Assembly: GCA_963817525.1 (NCBI GenBank)
Contig: CAWFOU010000001.1
Location: 960,001 to 1,024,000 of the forward strand
DNA: 64,000 nt
Source: an uncultured archaeon
Lineage (GTDB): Archaea > Thermoproteota > Nitrososphaeria > Nitrososphaerales > Gagatemarchaeaceae
Reading direction: 5' to 3'
The notes below the pieces were generated by a model that saw only the letters and a list, made by a program, of their open reading frames with translations, was not told the origin of the DNA and did no database searches. Shown in pieces: positions 46,907 through 56,351 of this stretch. Both the position numbers and the translations under genes were made by a program. Numbering within the stretch: position 1 is the stretch's first letter; every line of letters starts with the position of its first letter.

Positions 46907-47189
46907 CGCAACGAAGATGCTGCCAACGCCATTTCTTCCTTGTCGAAGTAGAAAGTATAGAGACTTGCACCACAATGCAACGCCTTAGCTCCCCTTCGCG
47001 CTATTGGAGTTATAGAGGCTCAATAGTCGTACTTCATATCGCCGAAGACTCCCGAGGGAGAGACGCCCGGAGGGGTGCGCCTCGGGAGCCGTCGCGCATG
47101 ATCGAAGCAGTTGATGCTACCGGCGAATCGTGAAACCCGATAATCAAAGCCTAATTACGGCGCCAGCTTCCCGCAGAATCTGGTTCCAA

Positions 47190-48182
47190 GTGGCAGAGAA
47201 ACCGAACGTGCTCGTGACCGGGTCGGCGTCCTGGGGGAGGTTCGACAGCCTCTCCCCCTACGCCAAGGTCCTCTGGCTCGACCACCTGAAAGAGGCGGAG
47301 GCCGACCGCATCCTCCCTTCGATAGACGCCCTCCTCGTCCAGACGTGGTGGCCTGAGTATCTGACCCCCGAGCGCGTCTCGCGGATGAGCCGCCTGCGAT
47401 TCATCCAGTCAGGGATGGCCGGGGTCAACCACATCCCGTTCAAGCTGCTGGGGAAGCGCGTCATGGTGAGCAGTAACGCGGGAGGGTTCTCGGTGGGCGT
47501 CGCCGAGTTCGCGATGGCCCTGCTGCTGGCGGCGGCTAAGAAGGTGGTCAAGCTGGACTACGCGCTCCGGACCGGCGCGTTCGAACTCGGCGAGGCGGGG
47601 CGCCTCTTCCGGGAGGTGGTCATTCTCAGGGGCAGGACGCTGGGCGTGCTGGGATATGGGGGCATAGGACGAGGAGCGGCCTCCATCGGACGGGCATTGG
47701 GTATGAACGTGGTCGCATACTCGAGGCACGCGAGCGCCGACAAGGACGTCCAGGTCTTCCAGGGAGGAGAGGGGCTCGTGAGGGTCCTAAGCAAGAGCGA
47801 CGCGGTCGTGATAGCCCTCCCGCTCTCGAAGCTCACCCTGGGACTTATCGGGGCCGCGGAGCTCTCCGCGATGAAGGCCGACGCCATCCTCGTGAACGTC
47901 GCGAGGGCGGAGATAGTCGACGAGGAGGCAGTGTACAAGCACCTGCTCGAGCACAAGGAGTTCACCTACGCCACCGACGTATGGCAGATCAAGAGGGGGA
48001 AGGAGACCTACTCGTCGCAGTTTCCGTTCTTGAAACTCCCCAATTTCATCGGCACCCCCCACGTCGCCGGGGGGAGCTCCGCGCTCACAGGCGAGCCCGG
48101 AAAGGCCGCGGTGGAGAACGTCTTGCGATACCTGAGGGGAGAGGCTCCCCAAAACGTGGTGGACCCTTCTGAGTATATTTGA
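47190..48182 (+). CDS. D-isomer 2-hydroxyacid dehydrogenase
   Basis: GVLGYGGIG, VNVAR..IVDE, TPHVAG. Confidence 0.9.
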   Translation: MAEKPNVLVTGSASWGRFDSLSPYAKVLWLDHLKEAEADRILPSIDALLVQTWWPEYLTPERVSRMSRLRFIQSGMAGVNHIPFKLLGKRVMVSSNAGGFSVGVAEFAMALLLAAAKKVVKLDYALRTGAFELGEAGRLFREVVILRGRTLGVLGYGGIGRGAASIGRALGMNVVAYSRHASADKDVQVFQGGEGLVRVLSKSDAVVIALPLSKLTLGLIGAAELSAMKADAILVNVARAEIVDEEAVYKHLLEHKEFTYATDVWQIKRGKETYSSQFPFLKLPNFIGTPHVAGGSSALTGEPGKAAVENVLRYLRGEAPQNVVDPSEYI

Positions 48183-48185
48183 GAG

Positions 48186-48950
48186 CTAGGCGACGACGCC
48201 GGCCTGCTCCTTGAGCCAGCCGTACCCTTTCTCCTCGAGCTTGAGCGAGAGCTCCTCGCCGCCCGACGCCGTGATCTTCCCCTCGTACATCACGTGGACG
48301 AAGGTCGGCTTGATGTACTTCAGTATCCTCTGGTAGTGGGTGATCACGAGTATCCCCAGGTCGTTGCTGGCTATCTTGCTGACGCCCTCCGCGACGACCC
48401 GCAGTGCGTCGATGTCGAGTCCCGAGTCGGTCTCGTCGAGGACCGCGAACTTCGGCTTTAGCATGGCGAGCTGCAGGATCTCTGCGCGCTTCTTCTCCCC
48501 GCCCGAGAAGCCCTCGTTTAGGTAGCGGTTCATGAAGGACTGGTCCATCCCGAGGAGCTTCATCCGCTCCTCGAGGGTCTCCTTGAACTCGAAGATCGTC
48601 GGTGCCTGGTTGTTGGCGTCGGTGTGGACCGCGTTGTAGGCGGCGCGTAAGAACGAGAACATGGTGACCCCCGGGACGGCCACGGGATATTGGAAGGCCA
48701 GGAACAGGCCCCTCTTCGCCCTCTTGTCGGGCGTGAGGTCGACTATGCTCTCGCCGTCGATGAGGATGTCGCCCTTGGTCACCTTGTATTTCGGATGACC
48801 CAGGAGGGTGTTCGCCAGGGTGCTCTTCCCAGAGCCGTTCGGCCCCATCAGCGCGTGTATCTCGCCCTGGTCTATCGTCAGGTCCACTCCCTTGAGTATC
48901 TCGGTGCCCTCCACCGTCGCGTGGAGGTCGCGGATCTCGAGCTTCGACAT
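48186..48950 (-). CDS. sufC: Fe-S assembly ATPase SufC
   Basis: GPNGSGKST, FQYP, FSGGEKKR, LDETDSGLD. Confidence 0.96.
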   Translation of the reverse strand: MSKLEIRDLHATVEGTEILKGVDLTIDQGEIHALMGPNGSGKSTLANTLLGHPKYKVTKGDILIDGESIVDLTPDKRAKRGLFLAFQYPVAVPGVTMFSFLRAAYNAVHTDANNQAPTIFEFKETLEERMKLLGMDQSFMNRYLNEGFSGGEKKRAEILQLAMLKPKFAVLDETDSGLDIDALRVVAEGVSKIASNDLGILVITHYQRILKYIKPTFVHVMYEGKITASGGEELSLKLEEKGYGWLKEQAGVVA

Positions 48951-48989
48951 TGCTTCCTGTACGCGCGCCCACGTTTCGTTATTTAAATC

Positions 48990-49005
48990 TATAACCTAGG
49001 TTATA
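48990..49005. promoter_or_regulatory. Perfect 16-bp palindromic operator before sufC
   Basis: tataacctaggttata adjacent to TATA atttaaat (48981-48988). Confidence 0.7.
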
Positions 49006-49086
49006 CGAATTCGCGGCCCAAGCCTGTGGGCTTCGTCCCAAAAGATTCGACAGGACGTTATATATCCCCATGTGCGACCGTCGAAC

Positions 49087-49437
49087 ATGGCAGGCGGCTA
49101 CAAGGCGCCAGACGTCCCAAAGGCGAAGGTGACGCCCGTCCTCGTCAGGGACGAGCTCCTAAGGTGCTTCGAGGACGCCAACCGGGAGTTCATGCACGTT
49201 CTCAACCAACCGGCGAACGACCAGGCACTGAAGGTCCAGGTCAGGCAGTTCGTGTCCGGGACCTTCCAGAGCTGCGGGGTGAGCTTCGAACAGCCCACCA
49301 AGGAGGGGATTGTAGCGGCGATAGGCCAGTGCAAGAGCAACGCAGAGGCTATGATGGGCCAAAAGGGGGCCGTCATCATAAGGGAGCACTATGACGAGAT
49401 GATGAAGCTCGTGAACAAGCTCCCCCCGAGCAAGTAG
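49087..49437 (+). CDS. Small helical hypothetical protein
   Basis: Host-like codon usage; TATA ttatata ~28 nt upstream. Confidence 0.65.
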   Translation: MAGGYKAPDVPKAKVTPVLVRDELLRCFEDANREFMHVLNQPANDQALKVQVRQFVSGTFQSCGVSFEQPTKEGIVAAIGQCKSNAEAMMGQKGAVIIREHYDEMMKLVNKLPPSK

Positions 49438-49645
49438 GAAGAAGGGTCGACCCGACGCCGCCCCTCGGCGGTGCGACACCTGCCGAATTTTGAGGAATCC
49501 TTATTATTGCTCACACGTCGCTTCGGGTGGGGTAAGGTCAGTCCTTGCGCGCTCTTTCTCTCCGGTGAGACCCGTGAAACCGCTCGCCTCCGCTGGAGCT
49601 AGCTCGACCTCTGGTCAGAGCGACTGCTGAAGGTAGTAGAGTAGA

Positions 49646-50998
49646 ATGTCAGAGACGACCAGTGGCTCGGCGCAGCCCAAGAAGCAGGAGAGCCTCCTCA
49701 GGGTCTTCGGCGGCCTGGGGGCCATGAGCGCCCTCACCTACATGGGGGAGTACGCGTCGTTCATCATCGTCCTGGTCTACCTCTCGGACAAGTTCACGGT
49801 CACGTTCCAGCTCGGGGACGTCGGGTACGCCTTCGTCGGCACCATCTCGGGAGCGTTCCTCATCGCCTCCGGCCTCGTCGCCATCTACATGGGGCACCTG
49901 GCCGACAAGTATGGGAGGAGGCGGATGATGATAATCGGCTGCATAGTGGGGTCGGCTGCCCTTTTGTCTCTTATCTGGTCGAACAGCTTCACCGAGCTAG
50001 CGCCCTTCGCCGTGGCGACCGCCGTGTCGCTGGTCACGCTGGGGATGGCACACGGCACCTACACCGCTGCGACCCTCGCCTACGGCGGGGACCTTGCGGA
50101 GAAGCACGAGATCATGGGCAAGGCGTATGGCCTCGTAGACGGGGCGGAGTTCGCCGGGTACGCCTTCGGGCCCGCCCTCGGGACGACGGTGGCGTTCCTG
50201 ACGGACAGCAGGACCGACGTCTTCGAGATGTCGACCGCGATGCTCCTGATATCCGCGGTATTGGCTGTCTACTTCATGCCTGAGATACGGCCCGGCTCGC
50301 TGGCCGTCGCAGCCCCGGCGATAATGGGGGCGAGCCACGACCACGACGAGGGTGGAGTGCCTCACCACGACGACCACGGCCACAGCCACGAGGCGACCTG
50401 GGGCGACTACGTCAACGCGTTCAGGACCCCAATAGTCGGCGTGGCCCTCGCGACAACCCTCGTGGGAGCGGTCGGCTTCTCCGCCTTCTTCTCCTTCGTG
50501 CCCCTGTACGCCCAGACGCTCAAGTACGCAGTCCCGTCCTTCGCGTACCTCTGGGGCTATTTCGCGTCCATCATGGCCGTCACTGGCGTCGCCTTCATGG
50601 TGCCCGTCGGCCACTACGAGGACAAGACCGACAGGCGGATGCCTTACCTCGTCGCCGGGCTGGTCGGCGCGGCCGCCTCCCTCTCCCTCGTGTTCTTCCT
50701 GCAGGCGTCGGTCGTCTCCTTCGTCATCGCCGCGGTCGCGTTCGGCCTCTCGATAGGGGTGGTGCGAGTCAGCCAGCTCGTGATCCTGGCGGAGGCGAGC
50801 AACAGGGAGAACCGGGCCGCGATAATGGGGACCAACCACGCGATGGAGCACGTGGGCTATGGCCTGGCGGCGTTCGTGACCGGGAGCCTGATCGCCTTCA
50901 CGGGCGGGTTCGACAACGCCTTCCGTTTCCTGTCGCTCGTCCTCCTCATCGCGGGGCTGGCATTCCTTCTCTACGCGCGCAGGGCGAAAGTCAAGTAA
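49646..50998 (+). CDS. MFS transporter with His-rich central loop
   Basis: 12 TMs, G.LADKYGRR motif A, HDHD...HHDDHGHSHE loop. Confidence 0.9.
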   Translation: MSETTSGSAQPKKQESLLRVFGGLGAMSALTYMGEYASFIIVLVYLSDKFTVTFQLGDVGYAFVGTISGAFLIASGLVAIYMGHLADKYGRRRMMIIGCIVGSAALLSLIWSNSFTELAPFAVATAVSLVTLGMAHGTYTAATLAYGGDLAEKHEIMGKAYGLVDGAEFAGYAFGPALGTTVAFLTDSRTDVFEMSTAMLLISAVLAVYFMPEIRPGSLAVAAPAIMGASHDHDEGGVPHHDDHGHSHEATWGDYVNAFRTPIVGVALATTLVGAVGFSAFFSFVPLYAQTLKYAVPSFAYLWGYFASIMAVTGVAFMVPVGHYEDKTDRRMPYLVAGLVGAAASLSLVFFLQASVVSFVIAAVAFGLSIGVVRVSQLVILAEASNRENRAAIMGTNHAMEHVGYGLAAFVTGSLIAFTGGFDNAFRFLSLVLLIAGLAFLLYARRAKVK

Positions 50999-51024
50999 TC
51001 CTGTCAGCCGGGCCTCGAGGGACC

Positions 51025-51501
51025 TCAGACGCAGAACTTTGAGATCTTCGCGGCCAGCGCCTCGAGGAACTCCCTGTCCACGGAAGAATAGTCGTTGATA
51101 GCGTCCCCGTCGATGTCGATCTCGGCCACGACCTTCCCCTCGTGGGTGACGGGCACCGTGATCTCAGAGCGGGTGCTCGCGAAGCACTGTAGGTACCTGG
51201 GGTCCTTGGAGACGTCGGAGACTATCTCAGTGCGCCCCGACTTGGCGGCGAAGCCGCATATCCCCTTCCCGAGCGCGATGGAAGTGTGCGTCGTCGGCGC
51301 GGGGCCGCTCCAAGAGTCGAGGCGGAGCTCGCTTCCCTTTAGCAGGTAGATCCCGACCCAGTTGTAGGTCGGCTCAAGGTTGAGGAGCTGGACGACGCTC
51401 TTCCTTAGCGCAGGGGGCGGCTGAGCCCGGGAGACGAGGAGGTCTACTTCGGCGAGGAGCTCCTTCGCCCTCTCGCGGTTGAGCCTTGGTTGGGACTTCA
51501 T
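51025..51501 (-). CDS. GAF-domain protein, free Met-R-sulfoxide reductase (MsrC)-like
   Basis: NWVGIY, G.GICG.AA, V.DV, C...TRSEI.VP, EIDID. Confidence 0.8.
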   Translation of the reverse strand: MKSQPRLNRERAKELLAEVDLLVSRAQPPPALRKSVVQLLNLEPTYNWVGIYLLKGSELRLDSWSGPAPTTHTSIALGKGICGFAAKSGRTEIVSDVSKDPRYLQCFASTRSEITVPVTHEGKVVAEIDIDGDAINDYSSVDREFLEALAAKISKFCV

Positions 51502-51675
51502 CTAATCACTGGCGCCTTTGGGCGGTCCCCGTGGCACGTCCGACGTTAGGGCGCCCGGGGCGACGCCCGCCGAGCAGATCAAGGGGCCAGCACCGCCGGG
51601 TGCGATGCTGGAAAGCGGGCGTTCCAATATTTGTCGTTCTCCGACAAGGTTTTCGTTATTTAAGGGCCTTGAAGT

Positions 51676-51921
51676 TCACGCGGGCGCCCCGCCTTGCTGA
51701 GGGGACTCTGGCTTGCCCCATCGCCCCACCTTGGGGAGGCCCTTCGACCTAAAGAGGGTCATCCCGCGGCGGTATCTCTCGAGCTCCACCTCCACGTAGC
51801 TGATCTCGGAGACGAGGGCTTCGACCTTCTTCTTGTTCTCCTTGCCAGCCTTTAGCGCCTCAAGCTTGTCCTTCCTCTCCTTGAGCATGGAGGTGAGGAG
51901 CTGCTCGTACTCTGTGACCAA
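51676..51921 (-). CDS. Small coiled-coil hypothetical protein
   Basis: 81-aa amphipathic helical ORF. Confidence 0.6.
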   Translation of the reverse strand: MVTEYEQLLTSMLKERKDKLEALKAGKENKKKVEALVSEISYVEVELERYRRGMTLFRSKGLPKVGRWGKPESPQQGGAPA

Positions 51922-51980
51922 GGACGAGCGTCTGCCGCGCCATCAAAATCTATAAACCCATCGCCGAGCCTCAGCGGCAG

Positions 51981-52457
51981 ATGCGCTCCAGCCTAGAGGA
52001 CGCGGGGACGGTCAAGGGGCCGGCCCGGAAGGCGCTCGCCGTGGAGGAGGTCGCGTTCTCGGGCCACGCCATGGTGAGGGGCACCCACGAGAAGACGATG
52101 GAGATCACCACAGAGGAGCACCTCACCCCGAGGGGCGACTGCATCATCGGCGTGGGCGCCTCCAAGGGCATCGCCCAGCTGTCGCCTTCCGTCAAGAGGG
52201 CTTTGAAGAGCGACGCGGCTAGGGTGAGGTTCACCATCGTGGCGCCCGGCGGCGAGTACTCGTTCGTAGCTGAGGGGAGCAGGGACCTCTCGTTCGAGAG
52301 CCCGACGGACATGGTCATCAGGAAGAGCAGCTTCGTCTGCGGAAGGACGCTCGCGATACGCGCGGAATCCTCCGCGAGCGAGATACCCCGCGCTCTGTTG
52401 GGAACTTTGAAATCCCCCGGGGCGGTCGGTCTGCTAAGGATAGAAGTCTTCGATTGA
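51981..52457 (+). CDS. DUF371 family protein
   Basis: GH..V..TH..T.EIT.E..LTPRGDCIIGV.A, VIRKS.F...RTL.I.A. Confidence 0.9.
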   Translation: MRSSLEDAGTVKGPARKALAVEEVAFSGHAMVRGTHEKTMEITTEEHLTPRGDCIIGVGASKGIAQLSPSVKRALKSDAARVRFTIVAPGGEYSFVAEGSRDLSFESPTDMVIRKSSFVCGRTLAIRAESSASEIPRALLGTLKSPGAVGLLRIEVFD

Positions 52458-53425
52458 CCCCCTTCAAGTCGACCGCCAACACGATGCAGGCGCTCGTGAA
52501 GTATCACGGCCTGAAGGACTGGAAGCTGAGGATCCCCTACCACGATAGCATCTCGGTGAACACGACCTCGCTCGGGAGCGAGGTGGTGGTGAGCGAGGCG
52601 GAGGGGGCCAAGGGGGAGCTGCTGGTCGAGGGGAGGAGGAACGAGGACGCGCTCAGGCGCACCGAAAGCGTCTCGAACCAGTTGACGGGAAAGAGGTTCG
52701 AAGACCTCGGCCTCCGCCTCGACTCCGGGAACTTCCCCCACGTGGACGCGAAGGGCCTCGGCTTCTCTTCTTCCGCCGGAGCGGCGGTCGCGATGGCCCT
52801 CTTCCACGCCACGAGGGGGGAGAAGCCCGACTACACGGAGCTCTCGAGGGTCGCCCGCCTATTCGCGGGGTCGGCGTCGAGGACGATGGTGGGAGGGTTC
52901 TCCAGGCTCTACGCGGGGAAGGGCTACGAGGACACGTATGCTGAGAAGTTCGCGGACGAGAGGGACCTCCCGCTGAGGATGGTAATCGTCCCTCTGACTT
53001 CGACCGTGAGGACGGAGGACGCGCACAGAGAGGTCGAGGGCTCCCCGTTCTTCAAGGCCCGGGTCGAGTCGGCCTCGAAGAGGTGCGAGGAGATGGAGAG
53101 GGCGATAAGGGGCGGAGACCTCCGCAAGGTCGGCGAGCTGACCGAGCAGGACACGCTCGAGCTGCACAGCATCACGATGACCGGGACGCACCGGATGGTG
53201 ATAATGAGCCCCGACACGGTGAGGATAATCCAGCGCGTGAGGGAGCTCCGCGACACGGGGGTGGAGGCCTACTTCTCGATGCAGACAGGCCCGTCGGTCT
53301 TCATCAACACGAGCGAGAAGGACGAGGGGAAAGTGAAGAGGGCGGTCGCGAAGATGGGGTACAAGACTGTCCTGTCAGGCGTGGGCAAGCAGGCGAGGAT
53401 AGGCAAGGTCGGCGTCAGCGGTTAA
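52454..53425 (+). CDS. mvaD: (Di)phosphomevalonate decarboxylase, haloarchaea-type
   Basis: Q.LVKYHG..D...RIPYHDSISV, GLG.SSSAG, GSASR...GGF, TGPSV. Confidence 0.85.
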   Translation: MTPFKSTANTMQALVKYHGLKDWKLRIPYHDSISVNTTSLGSEVVVSEAEGAKGELLVEGRRNEDALRRTESVSNQLTGKRFEDLGLRLDSGNFPHVDAKGLGFSSSAGAAVAMALFHATRGEKPDYTELSRVARLFAGSASRTMVGGFSRLYAGKGYEDTYAEKFADERDLPLRMVIVPLTSTVRTEDAHREVEGSPFFKARVESASKRCEEMERAIRGGDLRKVGELTEQDTLELHSITMTGTHRMVIMSPDTVRIIQRVRELRDTGVEAYFSMQTGPSVFINTSEKDEGKVKRAVAKMGYKTVLSGVGKQARIGKVGVSG

Positions 53426-53457
53426 TTACCGCCCCAAGATGGTAAGGAGAAGCCGCA

Positions 53458-53673
53458 ATGCCAGGGAAGCCCAAGATGGTAGTAAGGGAGTACCTCGAGC
53501 AGCTCAAGGAGACCCGGAAGGGCAAGCCCCAGCAGATCAGGGACGCGCTCGACATCTACACGGAGATGTGGGACCGGGTCATCGAGAACGGCACGGTCTC
53601 GGCGGAGGACGAGGTGTCCCTCGCCCTGTCAAAGATAGAGAAGGCGGGCGGCCTATACGAGGCCGCGGGCTAG
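53458..53673 (+). CDS. Small hypothetical protein
   Basis: 71-aa ORF with host-like codon usage. Confidence 0.6.
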   Translation: MPGKPKMVVREYLEQLKETRKGKPQQIRDALDIYTEMWDRVIENGTVSAEDEVSLALSKIEKAGGLYEAAG

Positions 53674-53681
53674 CCTCGCGC

Positions 53682-54431
53682 TCAGTGGGTGACTTCGCCG
53701 CCGTCGAGGACGACGCCCTGCCCAGTCATGTAGCTCGACTCGTCGCTCGCCAGGAACACCGCGAGGCTGGCCACCTCGGCCGGCTCCCCGAACCGACCCA
53801 TCGGGATCGAGGAGCGCAGCGCATCCACATCTGCTTCGTCGAACCATTTCAGCCAGCCGGTCTTGATCGACCCCAGAATCATGCAGTTCACCCTGACCTT
53901 GGGGGCGAGGGACTTTGCGAGCATCTTGGTCATCGTAAGGACCGCCCCTTTCCCGCACGCGTAGACGAGGCCTTGGGTGTCTCCCACGAGGACGGGGGTC
54001 GAGGAGACGTTGACTATCGCGCCCCCTTTCGGCATGAGCTTCACCGCGTTCTGGGCGCAGTCGAAGGCCCCGAAGACGTCCACCGAGAAGACCCGGAGCC
54101 ACATGTCCCTCGTGATGTCCTCCAGCTTCGCGTTCCAGATATTCCCGTCGGCTAGGCCGGCGTTGTTGACCAGGACGTCGACCCTCCCGAACTCCTTCTT
54201 GACCTGACTGAAGAGGGCCTTGTTCTCCTCAGGGAGGGCGATGTCAGCCTTCACCGCGATGGACTCCCGCCCCAGCTTCTTGATCTTCGCGACGACCTCC
54301 TCCGCCTCGGCGCGAGAGCTCCGGTAATGGACGGCCACGTCGGCACCCTCCTTCGCGAATGCCAGGGCGATGGAGGCCCCGTTGCCCGTGCTGGAGCCCG
54401 TGACGACCGCGACCTTCCCCAGTAGCCTCAA
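53682..54431 (-). CDS. Short-chain dehydrogenase/reductase
   Basis: TGSSTGNG, NNAG, Y...K, DGG. Confidence 0.92.
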   Translation of the reverse strand: MRLLGKVAVVTGSSTGNGASIALAFAKEGADVAVHYRSSRAEAEEVVAKIKKLGRESIAVKADIALPEENKALFSQVKKEFGRVDVLVNNAGLADGNIWNAKLEDITRDMWLRVFSVDVFGAFDCAQNAVKLMPKGGAIVNVSSTPVLVGDTQGLVYACGKGAVLTMTKMLAKSLAPKVRVNCMILGSIKTGWLKWFDEADVDALRSSIPMGRFGEPAEVASLAVFLASDESSYMTGQGVVLDGGEVTH

Positions 54432-54467
54432 ACCGGAGCGAGAGGCCTTCGCCCCGGACTTAAGTTT

Positions 54468-55040
54468 TTGAGCGGCCGTGTCGGCCGAAGGGTCCCGAGG
54501 AGAAAATCGACGCCGACTTCCCTGCTCGAAGCCTTCCGAAGGAGGCGCTCGCCCCCCGGGTCGCGGCTCGCGGAGATCGGCCTGGCCAAGGGGATGAAGG
54601 TGGCCGACATCGGGGCCGGCTACGGCTACTATGCTATTCCCGCTGCCGAGGCGGTCGGCGGCGACGGGATGGTCTACGCGGTAGAGCCAGACCCGAAGAG
54701 GGGAGAGGAGATCTCGAGCAGGGCGAAGGAGAGGGGGCTCAAGAACGTCAGGGTGCTGGTGACGGGCGGGGAGGACCTGTCTGGCATCCCCACGGGAGAG
54801 GTGGACCTCGCCATGTCGGTGTCGTCATTCCACCACCTCGCCGACCCGCGAAAGGCCCTCGTCGAGCTGAGGAGGGTCGTGAGGCCGGGCGGTCGGGTAT
54901 ACGTGAGGGACATGAAGTCAGGGAGACTCTTCAAGCACGGTAGCAGGAGCGACCAGTTCAGGGCAGCGGTCAGCGGGGAGTTCCCAAACGCCGAGTTCGA
55001 GGAGGGCTCTGGCTACATCGTCGCCAAGGCCGAGCTCTGA
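54468..55040 (+). CDS. Class I SAM methyltransferase
   Basis: VADIGAGYG, FHH..D, VRPGG; start uncertain. Confidence 0.85.
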   Translation: MSGRVGRRVPRRKSTPTSLLEAFRRRRSPPGSRLAEIGLAKGMKVADIGAGYGYYAIPAAEAVGGDGMVYAVEPDPKRGEEISSRAKERGLKNVRVLVTGGEDLSGIPTGEVDLAMSVSSFHHLADPRKALVELRRVVRPGGRVYVRDMKSGRLFKHGSRSDQFRAAVSGEFPNAEFEEGSGYIVAKAEL

Positions 55041-55046
55041 AGAGCC

Positions 55047-55571
55047 TCAGGGCCTCGGGGCCCTGTCTCTCGCCGTACCCCCTATCGCGAAGGTCTCGAG
55101 GAACTCCAGGTTGAAGAGCGAAGCCGCCGCGGAGTTGCTCACCAGCTCGTCGCTGTCCTTGAGGGCGGTCTGGAGGGTCTTCTTGGCGGATTGGCTGCCG
55201 ATCGAGCCGAGGGCTGCCGCCGACTCGTGGCGCACTATCGGGTCCTTGTCCTTCAGTGTGGCCTCCTCCAGGCCGCGGACGCCCGACAAGAGCCCGATCT
55301 GCCCCATCGTGAAGGCCGCCTCGTGGCGGACGAGTGGGTCGGGGTCGTGGAGGAGGACGTCCGTGAGCGTCGGGATTGCAGCCTGGCTCCCCAGGTCTGC
55401 GAGGATGGTCACGGCGTGGACCCTCAGGACCAGGCTGGGCTCCTCTTGCATGACCTTGATGAAGAAGGTCTCGTCCCCCTTCTTGAACTCCTCCTCCATC
55501 CGCCTCATCACCTCGAGGCAATGCTTCTTGTCGTCGACGACTACGCTCGTGTACTTCATGGCTCGCGCCAC
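55047..55571 (-). CDS. HEAT-repeat protein, deoxyhypusine hydroxylase-like half-protein
   Basis: LVRHEAAFTMGQIG and IVRHESAAALGSIG repeats. Confidence 0.8.
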   Translation of the reverse strand: MARAMKYTSVVVDDKKHCLEVMRRMEEEFKKGDETFFIKVMQEEPSLVLRVHAVTILADLGSQAAIPTLTDVLLHDPDPLVRHEAAFTMGQIGLLSGVRGLEEATLKDKDPIVRHESAAALGSIGSQSAKKTLQTALKDSDELVSNSAAASLFNLEFLETFAIGGTARDRAPRP

Positions 55572-55608
55572 CCCCCGATGGGCATTCTAATAACGGGAGC
55601 GAGTGGCC

Positions 55609-56247
55609 CTAGAAGAGGGTCAGCGCCGCGGCGAGCGTCCCTAGCTCGGCGGCGTCTTGGGAGTCCGCGCCTACGACTATGATAACGTCCCCCTCCCTCG
55701 GCCCGGCCGCCCTGGCCGCCTTCCATAGGTCTCGGGGCCCGTCCTTCTCGCAGTCGGTCCCCTCCCCTGGGAGCGTGAAGCGGCCCTTCGCGAAGAGCGC
55801 GGTCAGCGCCCCGTTCGCGCCCGCCCTGACCGCCGCGTCCCGCTGCTCTATGCCCTTCCTCACGTTCGCGCCCGCTCCCCTGACCAACACCGCGGCGCAC
55901 TCGGCGCCTATCCCCAGAGACCCGGCCTCCACTTTGGAGGACCACGGAAGCTTCTCCTTGAGCTGTGAGAACTCCCTCAGGCCCTTCCTGCTGAGCTTGC
56001 ACCCGTCGGGCTCGATCACTATGAGGTCATTCTCCTTCAACCGCTTGATGAGCGTCCTCACTTCGCCCTGCCCCAGGCCCACCATGCTCCCGAGCCTCCC
56101 CCTCCCGACCGACCCCGCCGCCCCGATGGCCAGGATGGCCTTCAGGACGTGCACCTCGGAGAAGACCGCGCGCGGGCCCTTGTAGTCCGAGGAGAGGACG
56201 TCTCGCAGGGATTCGAGGGTCAAGGACGATAGAAGGACGGGGCGCAC
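55609..56247 (-). CDS. Winged-helix protein (DUF4443-like)
   Basis: GR..L....GLG.G.VRTL..RL; GIEQRDAAV..GA.GA. Confidence 0.75.
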   Translation of the reverse strand: MRPVLLSSLTLESLRDVLSSDYKGPRAVFSEVHVLKAILAIGAAGSVGRGRLGSMVGLGQGEVRTLIKRLKENDLIVIEPDGCKLSRKGLREFSQLKEKLPWSSKVEAGSLGIGAECAAVLVRGAGANVRKGIEQRDAAVRAGANGALTALFAKGRFTLPGEGTDCEKDGPRDLWKAARAAGPREGDVIIVVGADSQDAAELGTLAAALTLF

Positions 56248-56351
56248 GCCGTATTTCTCCTTTTTTGGGCTTTGAATGGCCGGGCGCTCGACGTGGCCTG
56301 ACGCGCGCGGATGACTATTCTTATACGACCGGAGGATGAGGCGCCTCGGAG

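Noticed and set aside
41100-48185. Whole sufB-sufC gap as one mobile element
   Set aside because: No bounding repeats or integrase found; only 41517-43899 has TIRs and a TSD
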